Of a stretch of 64,000 bases of DNA, positions 25,690 to 38,100 are shown piece by piece. The notes beneath the pieces were generated by a model that was given only the letters and a program-made list of their open reading frames with translations, was not told the DNA's origin and ran no database searches. Position 1 is the first letter of the stretch. Every line of letters starts with the position of its first letter. Made by a program: the position numbers and the translations under genes. This DNA is from Yuukianura sp. NJ FZ-2021 (Eukaryota), in the NCBI GenBank assembly GCA_046563655.1, contig CM102288.1:2108001-2172000 (forward strand). The letters run 5' to 3'.

Positions 25690-27249
25690 ATGGTTCGTAC
25701 TTTGCTAACGGCTCGTAGACCCCCTGGAGTAAAAGCTTCACCTAGACGACAGCTGACAACCAGACAAGCCCGTCAACTTGCCTATTCCACTGGTGGTGTC
25801 CAAAATCGTTGCAGGTAACATTTCGTATATCATATTTAAGTTAAGCGGTCATCTTATCATTGTACCTATGTCGATTATTTAATCCAATTAATTTAACTTT
25901 TTATCACATTCAGCATAATATCAGAGGAGGAAAGCATACAACAAGCTGTACAATCATCGTCAATTCTAGTTGCACCAGTTGCGGGTTCCAGCACTAGCTT
26001 CACTACAACTTCTACAGCTACAGTTGATGAAATAGGTGCTGGCAGTACTGCGAGTGCCAGTACAATTACAACAGTGGACGTTGAAACTGCGGGGACCAAT
26101 CACAGTTCAGATGTACCAACGAAAAGTGCGTTGAAACGACTAAAAAAATTGGAAAAATTGGCTGAGAAAAAGAAAATCCGACGGTAAGTTCGGGAATTCC
26201 TGGGGGCTTCAACTTTTACGATTTCTTCTTGAAAACTGGCTTATAAATCGGTTTAATTTTTATTAGGCAAAATGAGCGAGAGAAGCGGAAGAAAAATAGG
26301 GCAAAACTTGCGAATACAGAATTTTCAAGGACAGCTTTGAAACGACGGAAGATGGCCACCAGTGACTGCAAAGTCGGAATTGCCGTTGACCTTTCATTTG
26401 ATGAGCACATGAATGAAAAGGTAACAAGAAAGTGTACGAATAATAGTTCAATGATTCATAAAGTTCGATGATCGATGGACGATGACCTTATTAACATTGG
26501 TTACTTTATGCAGAATCTAAGCAAAACTGTAAGCCAAGTGAGTCGCTGTTACAGTTTCAACAGAAGGCTGCCCAATCCAGTACAATTTCATGTGACCAGT
26601 TTCAATGGAAAAACGGCAGAGATCATGAAGAAGTTTGATGGATTTACACATTGGGACGTGCGTAATTAATCTTAGAAAACTCCGAATCGATCATCATTTC
26701 AATAATCATAACCATATTTGTTTAGGTGAATTTCCATGAAGAACCATTTGACCAAGTATTCGACAAATCCTCTATTGTGTACTTGACAAGTGATTCCCCA
26801 AATGTTCTCCAGAAATTGGAACCGGATAAGTTCTACATCATTGGAGGCCTTGTGGATCACAATTCAAAGAAGGTTGAAAACGTCTTTTTCTAAAAGATCA
26901 AATAGGAGAAATTAATACATTTTAATTTTGTGTTTCAGGGGATTTGCTACGAAATTGCAAAGGAAAAGAACATTAATCACGCTCGCCTTCCAATTGAAGA
27001 ATTTATAGACATGAAAACTAGGAAAGTGTTGAGTATTGTTCATGGTAGGTGATAGAAAGGGTAGAAGTTAAGTAATTATCCGAAGATTTGTATGCTAATG
27101 GTGCTTGTTTTACAGTTTTTGAAGTCCTGGCAAATGTGACCGCTGGAAAATCCTGGCCTGACGCATTGCTCAGCGCGATTCCAGCAAGGAAACAGGCCGA
27201 AGCAAAGGAAAGTTCCTTGGATCAAAATGATTCGGATTCTGATGCGTGA
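25690..27249 (+). CDS. TRMT10A: tRNA m1G9 methyltransferase TRMT10A-like with a histone-H3-tail-derived first exon (7 coding exons)
   Basis: [44 protein letters not shown] motifs; all exons from ATG 25690 join in frame. Confidence 0.9.
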
Positions 27250-27630
27250 ATTAGACTAGGATGGGATTTCCTATTTCTTTAACTGAAATTGTGATGCACT
27301 TTTCAGTTAGAACGGGCGGCCAACAATGTTAATCAATTAAGGATTGATTAATAAAATGTCGCACTCTTTATTGTTCTAACATGTGAGTTCAGAGTGGCGA
27401 TGTAGATCTCATGTTGAGATTTCGCGCGGGAAGTGTTTGCCTCTGTTCAAAACCGGGAAGGTTGTATCGAACAAAAATAATTTTTTTTTTATTTTTATTC
27501 TCTCATTCAATCAACATTTTATTTTACCGATAAATTTGGTTCATTCTTCAAAACGATCAATCGGTACTTCGGTGTATTTTTTTAATTCATAATTAATTGA
27601 AGTTTGAGTTACTCAATTCGGTAACCGGAA

Positions 27631-28191
27631 ATGGCAGATGACGATTACGAACCAGATGAGTAAGTCTTTAAGTTGCTAACTAGTAATTAGCGTTAAATTT
27701 GTTAATTTAACAGGTAATATGTACAGTAACAGTAATGTAATTGTTTGCTTCTAGTCTTGGTGGAGGTGACGAATATGATGACATGCCGGATGACGACGAT
27801 GGTTTGGATGAAATGGCTGGTGATGAAGTGAGTTCGGTTCTTCGCAACCAATGTCCAATAAATATGCGAGATCAACTTGTATTTGTGTTTACAGGATGCT
27901 GACAACATCGACATTATTCCAACGGATGGAAGCACGACTAACCAAGCAGCGACGAAGAAGATTACATCGCCATTTATGACAAAGTATGAAAGGGCTCGTG
28001 TACTGGGTACTCGTGCCCTTCAGATCTCCATGTGTGCTCCTGTCATGGTGGAATTGGAAGGAGAGACAGATCCACTTCAAATTGCAATGAAGGAACTCAA
28101 GGCAAGGAAAATCCCAATCATAATTCGACGATTTCTTCCGGATGGGAGCTACGAAGATTGGAAAATTGAGGACCTCATCATCACTGAATAG
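27631..28191 (+). CDS. POLR2F: RNA polymerase I/II/III subunit RPABC2 (RPB6)
   Basis: [42 protein letters not shown]...LPDGSYEDW. Confidence 0.97.
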
Positions 28192-28484
28192 ATAAGTAAA
28201 ACTTTTGTTATTATTTCTCAATTCTTGGGTAAAATTAAGATTCAGTTGTAAAAAGTGTTAAGGGGTAGTGGAGGCCGCTATTTTTATTTCGTGGCAAAGC
28301 AGGCGCATTGAACACTTTCTAAATAATTTCTGCCATTGAAAAACATTATTACCTAAGTTTAAAATTGGTTAGTTCTAAATTGTTAGTTTTTTTCTTACTA
28401 AACTTAGTTTTTGATTGACTACTGGTTTACTACGATTTGCTTTGGAATGCAATCGGTCTTCCGTTGTATTGCCTTTCCATAATT

Positions 28485-29438
28485 TTAGTCGCCATGTCCG
28501 GCTTGGTCATGTTCTGCCACAATTATTTTCCACAACTGATGACAGTCGTTCTTGTCTGCATTAATGCACTTCACCTGATTCTTGTATCTATGATTCATGA
28601 AAATAGATTTTTATACTAAGTAATTGGTACGAATATCAGTAATTGCCAAAATTTAATTAAAGAAGTGGTTGATCACCCTTGGTGTGCCAGTGCTTTTCCA
28701 CTCCACTTGTTCCTGATCATGACTACTTCGCCATGCTCAGTGTGCACAACTTCCAAGTACCAAAATTGGTTAGTTTCACCAGTTGGATCCGCATAGGTCA
28801 CAAGGGCTTTCCCATCCACTACCAAAATATAAGAGGTCAAAGGTTATTCGTTGTAAAAACTTGAATTAATTGCATCATTTTAAACTTACGTGACTCTTCA
28901 ACCACACGACGTGGTTCGCCCTTCTTCCGACAAAGTGACAACAGGCAAAACCCATGATCTAGATGTGAGAAAGTTAAGTTTTCGTTTTTGAAAATCCGTA
29001 ATTTATGCAATTTTCGGTTTTAACTAACCTTTGATCTCAGCCCGGAATCTTTGAGCGTTTGAAGTATTGCCATCCCACATGAACAATTTCGTTCCATTTT
29101 CCGTTGTTCTCATATACAAATCCAGAAACTGAAATTTAAAAAATTTCAATTAAGATCCGGAGTTTGAGGAAAAACATTTTTCGACTTCAGATCCGAAGTT
29201 GAGGAAAAATTTAATTTTTCAGCTTCAGATCCGAAGTTGAGAGCAAGGTTTTTCCTCAACTTCGGATTTCAATTTTGTTAAAGTTTGATGATGATGATGT
29301 ACTTTTAACTTAAATTTTTATGTTTGTGACGACGTTGTAGTTGAACTGATTAACTTAAATTTGAAGGTTAGTTACCCGATTGTCAGAGACGTTAAGGAAG
29401 CGATACACTTGTCCGTGTTCAATGGTGGTTACCGTCAT
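28485..29438 (-). CDS. Single-domain ricin-B (beta-trefoil) lectin-like protein, 158 aa, 5 exons
   Basis: Exons 29438-29376, 29128-29029, 28958-28890, 28818-28677 and 28587-28485 join in frame; three repeats ending AQRF, NQFW and HQLW; no signal peptide; absent from the ORF track. Confidence 0.75.
29152..29270. repeat. Intronic minisatellite: three direct copies and one inverted copy of ATCCGAAGTTGAG(GAAAAA)
   Basis: Direct copies near 29153, 29189 and 29228; inverted TTTTTCCTCAACTTCGGAT near 29249-29267. Confidence 0.75.
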
Positions 29439-30737
29439 CTTTGGAAATTGACTTTGACCTTTGACCCTGAAATTTGTTTTTGTTTTCAAAACTACAGCAG
29501 TGAAAAGTTAAAATTTCAATTTGTCGTTTTACCTTGGACTTTCTGCTTTCTCCTGTTGGAGCCTTCAGACAAAAATCGATAGTTGCTGTCACTACTATCC
29601 GCACTATCCTTGAGACCAACTTTTTTTTCTCTTGCTTTCACTCCGTTTCAATCCGAAAAAGGAGAACTAGACTAAAATTTTTTGTTTACAAAAATGGGGT
29701 TAGCGTATAAAGTGGTTTACTATAGGAAATGACTACCTTGGAGTTTCTTTTCTCTCTGAATTTCCTTTTGAAATTCGAGAAGGCTTTCGCGCTAAAGGGC
29801 GTGGCAGTTAACAGTCGATATGTAAATTTTTGAGGCACTTATGACGTACTTAATGCAAGTAAACACTCCCGTTGCTACTAAATTTTAGAATTTAGAGGGC
29901 TTGACCTTGCCACTCACTGTCTCCATAGTCCATAATTTTTTATAATCAGAGACACGGATTTCATGTTCTCAGCGTATAGCAGACAGACATCACGTAGTCC
30001 ACAAAAATCCGCAAATAAGAAAGACTAGACGAAAAAAAAACAGATAGGTAATTTACACTTTTTTTTTAAATTCTAAATTTCTTAACTAAAAATTTCTCAT
30101 GCAATTCGATGTTCGAAACACGGGTAAATATTTCCAATGGCTTCCAAATTATGCTGACAAATTGCATCAAAAACATGTCACATTTTGGTTTTGACCTGAA
30201 TCTGAACCTGTCAATGTCAATCGATGACTAGAAAGAAGCAAAGATCAAGGTCAAGATGAGGCGCATGTGCAGTATTTAAACGTATTTCCAGAAGTTATTA
30301 ATCAATGTCAGTCGATGTTACTTAATTAACATTTACCTATTAATTAAAAGCAGTTTTTAGTACTTACATGTGCGTTAGGTGTTGATGTTGACGTGAAATC
30401 AATGCATAAAAGATCTTCTTTGTGAAGATTGGAATCAAATTCAGGTTTGACAAGAACAAGATTATGAATCTTGTTTAGGAAGTTAACGATTACGAAACTT
30501 ATCCCCTCCAAAAACACTTGACTTCCTTCCGTATTGTCTAATAAGATGTGCAGAAATATTGCAAATTTTAGTTATCTCAATTCGCATTTGCAAAACAATG
30601 GAGGCCTTATAGGGTCAAATTGAGATACGAATTGAAATAAAATGTTTGCAAATTTTCAGTCGTGTAAGAGATTCGCAAGTAAGCACTAAGAGGGGTAAAA
30701 TAGAAAATTAAAATTTAGAGGTCAAAGGTCAGCAAAA

Positions 30738-33700
30738 ATGACGTTTAATCGGTTGCTGTTGATCCGAATTCCTGGATTTCTAATTCCAGTTGCGTATTTC
30801 TTTTCTCCTTCGTTTGTTCTCTTCTTTTCTGCTCTCAATTATAGTCAAGACGTTTTCAATGCCACGCAAGATCCAAATTTCACGGATCCCGTTTTCACTG
30901 ATCTGTTCGACTTCATCGTTGGTAAAAAATCAAAATCCAACTTTTTAAATTTGAAAAGACAAAAAATGTAACTAATTTTGATATTTGAATTTTTTGGATG
31001 TCAATTTAGTTGGAGGCGGTTCGGCTGGAGCAGTTGTTGCCAATAGACTTTCGCTGCACAATCGAGTGTTACTTCTGGAAGCTGGTGGTGATGGCAATCC
31101 ACTTTCGTGGATTCCAGTTACTTCGCCAATACTGCTGGGCCAACCAAACATTGACTGGAGACATAGAAGTAAGTTTGATCACAAACTTACACCTTAAGAA
31201 GGAATCACACATGGCAACGGTGGGTCTCGTTTCGCCTTAAATTAATTAACTTTGACGCCTAATTAGAAGTCACAGGTATAACGTAGAAATGTCTACAAGG
31301 GCTCTAAAAATTCGTCATTATCTGTAGAATGCAGAGCCTTGAACCAAACTTGAATTTTTGTTGCGAAGTGATACTAAAAATTGAATACAAGGTTCAATTT
31401 TTTCTACGCGTCGAATGATACCGAAATTCGGGAATTTGGTCAAGGCGGCTTAAGCGCCATGGTCTTCCGGATTTTTAGACACCTCAAACACATTTCTAGG
31501 TCTTATAATGAACATCTAATTAGCAAAAGTAGATGAAATTCTGAGGTAATTTACAAATTTGCAAATGTCGGCAATGAAATTAGCCGTTTCCATGGGAACA
31601 TGTTGATTGTTTTGTTCCAGCTTATTTGATGTGTTGTACCCGGAAAAACTTTGATTCGTCAACCATTCAAAACAGTGCCGACTTTTGCACGTTTGAGCAG
31701 TGATTTTGCTTGGTTACTAACGGCAATGACTGACACCAAATCGTAAACAAACGCTGCCTCTTACCCGTCCTTAATAAAAAAACATTTCAAACAAATTTTT
31801 AACTTTCTAACTTTTAGTTTTACATAGTATAAAAGTAAATTCTAATTTTTAAGTTTGTTGTAGCTGTGCCGCAGACCAATGCGTCGCTTGGACTGGCTGG
31901 CCGGGTAAGTAAATAAATTCTTGACAAAAATTGGGAGGAACTATATGTTCAAAATTTTGAAATATTCTTTTTTGAAATTTTTAGGTGGGGAGATTTCCGA
32001 GGGGGAAAGCACTTGGAGGAACAAGTACACTTAACAGCATGATTTACATGAGAGGTCATCCCAAGGACTATGACAACTGGGCACACATTACTGGAGATCC
32101 GAGGTGGAAATACGACGCTCTCCTCCCGTTTTTCAAAAAACTGGAAGACTACCACGGGCATTTTCCAAATAGTAAGTCAATACTGCCAGCATTTCAAAAA
32201 TAATTGTGAACTTTGCGAACTTTTTAAACTATTGACTTGAACATTTTTGTTTTAGATAAGGAGCATGGTACTGGTGGACCAATTCATGTTGAAAAGTTAC
32301 GATGTGCCCCAGCAATGGACGTATGGCTGGAAGCTGGAAAAGAAATGGGCTACACAGTTCGTGACCTCAACGGTCACCAAATCCCAAGTAAGGTCATTGT
32401 TTTTAGAAAACTGGTTAGTGGATTGTTTTTGATTTTGCTTTTGTTTTTCAAGGTTTTGCTCCCATGGATGTGACAATGAAGATGGGAACCCGTTTTGATA
32501 CGGCAAGAGCCTATTTGACGCCGATTCGTGACCGTGAAAATCTTGTCGTCTATCGTTACGCTCAAGTCGTCAAGATTCACTTGGACAAAGGGCGACCTCG
32601 ACATGCTTACGGAGTGACCTACCAACGACATGGAAAGGTCAAATTTGTGAGAGCGTCGAAAGAAGTCATAGTCAGTGCAGGCTCAATCAACTCACCACAT
32701 CTTCTACTTTTGTCCGGCATTGGACCAAAGGCACAGTTAAATTCAAAAGGAGTAAGCCTAGAACCTAGAACTTCTAAAAAAAAATTAACTTTCTAAAACT
32801 AACTGCATTTTTTTAAATTTTGGTTTCAGATCAAGTGCCGCCTGAATTTGCCCGTTGGACGGAATCTGCAAGATCATGTTTTTACTACAGTTGGGCCAGT
32901 ACTTGTAAAACAAAACGCTTCGCTGCTAGCCGATCGTGATGTTACTGTTCAAAGTTTGACTGACTTTTTTGGAAGTGGAACTGGACCGTTGGTGTCTATC
33001 ACTGGAATGGCTGGAGCCGCTGGAATCAGTTCCACACTTTCAAGCGATTCCTCTTGGCCAGACATCTACTACCACTTTATCGGAGGTAAAACTTAGGTTC
33101 CGATTGATAATTAAACGTAACGAACTGAATTTTCTATATTGAACAAGTAGATTCAAATGATTCCATAGTATATCCAGTAGTATCGTATGGTTCTAATTTT
33201 GATTAAACATTTAAGGTGGAGTTCATCGCAGTCTCGGTTCGGATCAGGAAAAATCGTTTGGTTTCAAGCGCGGTTTTCTCAAACGGTTCTACGATCCAGT
33301 AGTCGGTCGTGATGCGTTCTTTTATGTCGTGACGCTGGCAAGACCTAAAAGTCGTGGTAGAATTTGGTTGCAAAGTAATGACCCCGGGGTCAAACCACTC
33401 ATTGACCCGCGCTTTCTCCATCATCCGGATGACATGACCGTGATGCTTCAAGGGGTCAACTTTACTTTGGAAATGATCGCAAAGACCAGAACAATGAGAA
33501 ACCTAGGGGCTCATTTGTCACCGTACCCATTGCCAACTTGTGTCAATCATCCCTTTGGATCAGAAGAATACTGGCGGTGTTACATCCGTTACTACTCGAT
33601 TACAATCCATCATCAATGTTGTACTGTTCCAATGGGAAGTGGTGACAGAAGAAATTCAGTACTGAATTCGAAATTACGGTAAGTTAGCAGCTCATCCAAC

Positions 33701-33953
33701 ATAAAGTTTTAGAAAGTTTTAATTTTGGTGTTTCTCTGACAGGGTTCTGGGCTCAACTGGCTTGAGAGTAATTGATGCGTCAATATTTCCGGTAATTATG
33801 AACGCAAATCCTAACATTCCGACGGTTATGGTTGGCGAAATGGGAAGTTCGATGATTCGGGAGTACTGGACAAGCCAGTTTGAAATCTGCACAGTTCAGG
33901 GTTACTTGACCTACAAAGACAAGGAGAAATGTTACTACTCGAAATTTGTTTAG
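30738..33953 (+). CDS. GMC oxidoreductase (glucose dehydrogenase [FAD]-like)
   Basis: DFIVVGGGSAGAVVANRL, PRGKALGGTSTLN, SAGSINSPHLLLLSGIGP, VGRNLQDH, LRVIDASIFP motifs; 41-nt microexon at ~31864-31904. Confidence 0.92.
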
Positions 33954-35194
33954 TTAATTGATATTCGTTATTAAATTCCTTAAATTATTAATATCACATC
34001 CTTCTTACTTCTCTGAATAAAGCTCTGGGTGTTAAAAAAATTGATGACAAACTTTTTGCTATTTTTTTTAACTTTTGAAAATTGGAAAGAAAATACTTTG
34101 GATTATGCTGAATTTAGTAGCGAAGAGATTAGCTTTCTAACGCATTCCGTTCCTGAGATATGAATTTTTAAAGTTTTTGAATTTTAGGATTTTTTGGAAG
34201 AGATTTTACGTGGAGAAGCTAATAAAAGTTGTGCTTTGAAAGTGTCCGGAGCTATGCGGGGATCATACGGTCCAGAAAGGCTCCTCGCCTTTCTCAACTT
34301 TTTTACCACTGGCGGCATTCCCATACAAAAGCAATGTAGAGCAGGATTTCCAACCCACCTCTTTGTTTCGTATAATCCCCTATCTCAATCCTACCAAAAT
34401 CACACTAGAACTTTACGATTCCTAGGTTGATAAAATTATAAAAATTGCAACTTTTTAGCGATTTCTGCAATTCCAACGGTCGGCTGAAGTTCCGGAACAC
34501 AATTTCGCATAATGTAGTATAAATTTCTTGCAATTTCAATAAAAATTCCGATAAGCCTCACGTAAATTCTCTAAAAAAAAACGTCTAGTTAGTATGAAGT
34601 TGAATAGCTGAGAGGACGGCTTCCGGTTTTCTGTTAAAAATTAATTGCAACTCTTTAATTATTGAGTAATAATTAAAAAGTCTTAGTTTTAGGCGTTTAC
34701 TTTTGATTTATTTCATGTTACTAATGAGAGACATCAGAGAGTGAGTGAGTGTTGGATTCGTATTCACCCCAGATTTTTACAGAACCATTCTTTGAGTTCC
34801 TTTATAGTTTAAAACTTAGTTTTTTTCCTAATTATTTAAATCTAATAACTTAATTAACTCTACTGGGTTTTCTAAAATGTCGGAAGAGGAGTTCAAATTG
34901 GAGTTTAAGATTCTTGGAATGATATGCCTCTTTTGATATGTTTGATTTCCCCTGCCTCTCTTGTTTTAAAACGGAGAGAAATATCGGGAGGTGGTTCCAT
35001 CCGCCATTAAATTGTGAAGACTTTCTATATTTTAATTACAATTATTAATTAGCGAGTTAGGTGCCTAATTTCAACTGCTCAACACCGTTAAACAGGAATC
35101 TCTCCTAAACTACACGGTCGACTAAACCACCGCTTTTGTTTTACTGGATCTGGAATCATATTTAGAATCGATTGAAGTTTTAGTCATCTCAAGT

Positions 35195-38100
35195 TCAGTG
35201 ATTGTACTGTTCCGGCAGAACATAGGAGATGTCGTCCCATGGATGTCTGTACAATCCTTGTTTCAATCGCTTCTGATCCATAAAGTGACCAATGAATCCA
35301 ATACTTCTGCCCAAAACAAAGAGACCGTTGATGGATCCCTGATCGATGTATTCCTGTGCCTCTTCCCTGAAAAAAACGAAACAAAAATTAAAATTCTGAA
35401 GTTCGTTTCAAAAAAAAATTAGATCGTTTTTGCTTAAATTACCTCGTGAAACATCCAGAATGTCTAAGGAAGTCGACGAAAGCAACGGCAATGGTTCCGT
35501 CCACATTGAGAATCAAGTTCGGTTTCTTCGAGGTCGTGATTTTCTCAACTTCAAGGGCATAGTCAAGAAGTGGAGTAGATGGAAAGTTGGATTTGACGAA
35601 TTCCTTGATGAGCTGAACGCGCATGTCGGGATTGTTAATTGACTTTACTCGATGTCCAATTCCCATGATCAACTCGCCCTTCTTCCGCATCGCGTTGACA
35701 AACTCCATTGGAGTCATGTTAGCATCATAGGCCTCACTGAACTGCGTCGCTGCACCATTCAAAGCACCACCGAATCGATCACCCTACAAACACAAAAGGT
35801 AAATCTTTAGATTTCAATTCAGAAGAGCCAAAGAATGGAAGCATTTTATGAAATCTTACAATCGTAAGGAGTCCTGACACAAGTGATGAGACCAAGTCTT
35901 TTCCAGCTCGGGCACAAACAATTGTGTTATGAGCTCCAGAAACTGCTGGACCGTGATCAGCCGTAACCATGAGACACATTTCAATAAACTTGCAAGCATA
36001 AATCGGAAGCGGTCGTTGGAACCAGAGCAGAGAAATGACACCACCAATTCCCATATCTTGTTTCAAAACCTAAAAACAACAATAGATCGAAATAAGAATA
36101 AACCGTTGTAAACGCCGTACGTAAGTAGCGAAAGGAAGCTAGTGACAACCCGGAAATTGCCGACTTCCGGTCAAACCGGAGCCGCATTAATCACCCCCAG
36201 GCTATGATAAACTGATTTGCAAGCCAGATTGCAAATCGGTCCAATGGTGTCGAGGGTATAGTTAGTTCTAGTGCAGACAGACAGACAGGCCGACAGACAG
36301 ACAGACAGACTCGGAGGAAAACACAAAGTAGGTCATACTTTCCTGAGTAGGACGAGGGGCGCCAGTTCGAAACTTAAATTGTCAGTATCTCTGGAACCGT
36401 AGGTCAAAGGTCAAGGTCACCTTAACAAAAGTTGTTCACCACAATGAGATGAACAACTTTTGTAGAGGTCATTATTTGATTCCGTCAAAAAAGTACTTGA
36501 CCTTGACCTTTGACCCGGACCTGGACAACATCCGGTCAAGCTGGATACTGATTAGACACCCCTGGAATATGTAAAGTAGAAATGTGAAGACAGATTGAAA
36601 ATCGCTCCAGTGGTTCTGGAGTTATAGACGCGAATAGCAAGAGCGACCCCATTATGCAACTTCTAAGGTCTATATCTCCAGAACCCCTGGTCAAAGGTCA
36701 AGGTCACCTATACAAAAGTTGTTCAGTTCGATGAGATGAACAACTTTTGGAGAGGTCATTTTCTCGATTTCTGTCAAAAATGTATCTGACCTTGACCTTT
36801 GACCCTTAAGGGGTCTACTTCCGGTCAAACGAGTCACCGATTGTACACCCCCAGACCATGGCAAGTTCATCTGTAAAGACAGATTGAAAATCGGTCCAAC
36901 GGTTCCAGAGCTAGCTTGACCAGCAGACGGACGGACAGACGGACGGACGGACGGACGGACAGACAGACAGACAGACTCGGGGAAAAACATAAAGTAGCTC
37001 ATACTTTCGCTACTTAATAATTTCAATTTCAAATTCAAATATTTTTAAAGTCTTACATCTGAAATTGGCATTCCAGCGTAAAGCAACTCCTGTCCACGTT
37101 CATCGCAAATGGAAGTCATGAAGGAAGCTGGTTTTCGAATCAGACCTAACTCTCTGCAACAAAAAAATAGAAAAGTTATGCTATTAGAGACAGAGTTCGA
37201 GTTCGAAACTTACAAACTAAGAAAATTCCGTCAACAAAACTTAAAATTTTCTGTATCGGCAAGAAACTTATAAAAAAAATGTAGAAAAAAATACCTAGCC
37301 CAAGAAAAGTCCATTGGAACGGTCGGTGGAGGAACTTCTTCTCGAATTTCAATGATTCCTTTGTGGACGAGATCTTCGTAAACCACTTTGATTTGTTCTC
37401 CCAAATCATCAAACGTATTCGGAACATAGGCTCCAGCTTCTCGGAGAGCCAAGTTCTTAGCAACAGCTGTCTCTCGATCTGAATTTGCACAGGATCCAGC
37501 ATGACCAAATTGAACTTCAGCAGTAAACATTCCAGCGCAAGTTCCAATACACCAAGCCACCAACGGTTTCGTAATCTTGTTCGTTTTGAGTGCCTCACAA
37601 ACTTCGTATTCTTCAATTCCTCCAACTTCTCCAAGAAGTACAATCATTTTGATCTGAAAAACAAGTCATTTCGTTAATTTTACTCGAAATTATGAAATAA
37701 CTCGTCAATTATCAACGTACATTAGGATCTTCTTGATATCTGAGAATGAAATCCATGAAAGTTGTTCCAGGGTATCGATCTCCTCCAATGGCTACACCTT
37801 CGTAAACTCCATCAGAGGCTTTTGAGATGATATTATTGAGTTCGTTTGACATTCCTCCAGATCGAGAAACATAAGCAACAGATCCAGGTCTGTAGAGCTT
37901 CGAGTACAAAATGTTATCCATCATGCCTCCAGTATTTCCAATTTTGAAACATCCCGGTTTGATTCCTCCAACAGTTGCTGGCCCAATGATCGAAACTCCT
38001 TGTTCATGTGCCTTCTTGATAATCTTCCGTGTCATATTTTCTGGAATTCCTTCTGCGATGATAGCAATTGTTCTCATTTGAGGATAATTCAAAGCTTCCA

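Noticed and set aside
34010..34480. Sequence with a transposon-remnant feel between the GMC and ACLY 3' ends
   Set aside because: Could not define TIRs or a TSD
36691..37038. 115-aa ORF with SVRP repeats
   Set aside because: Translation of the HINE microsatellite
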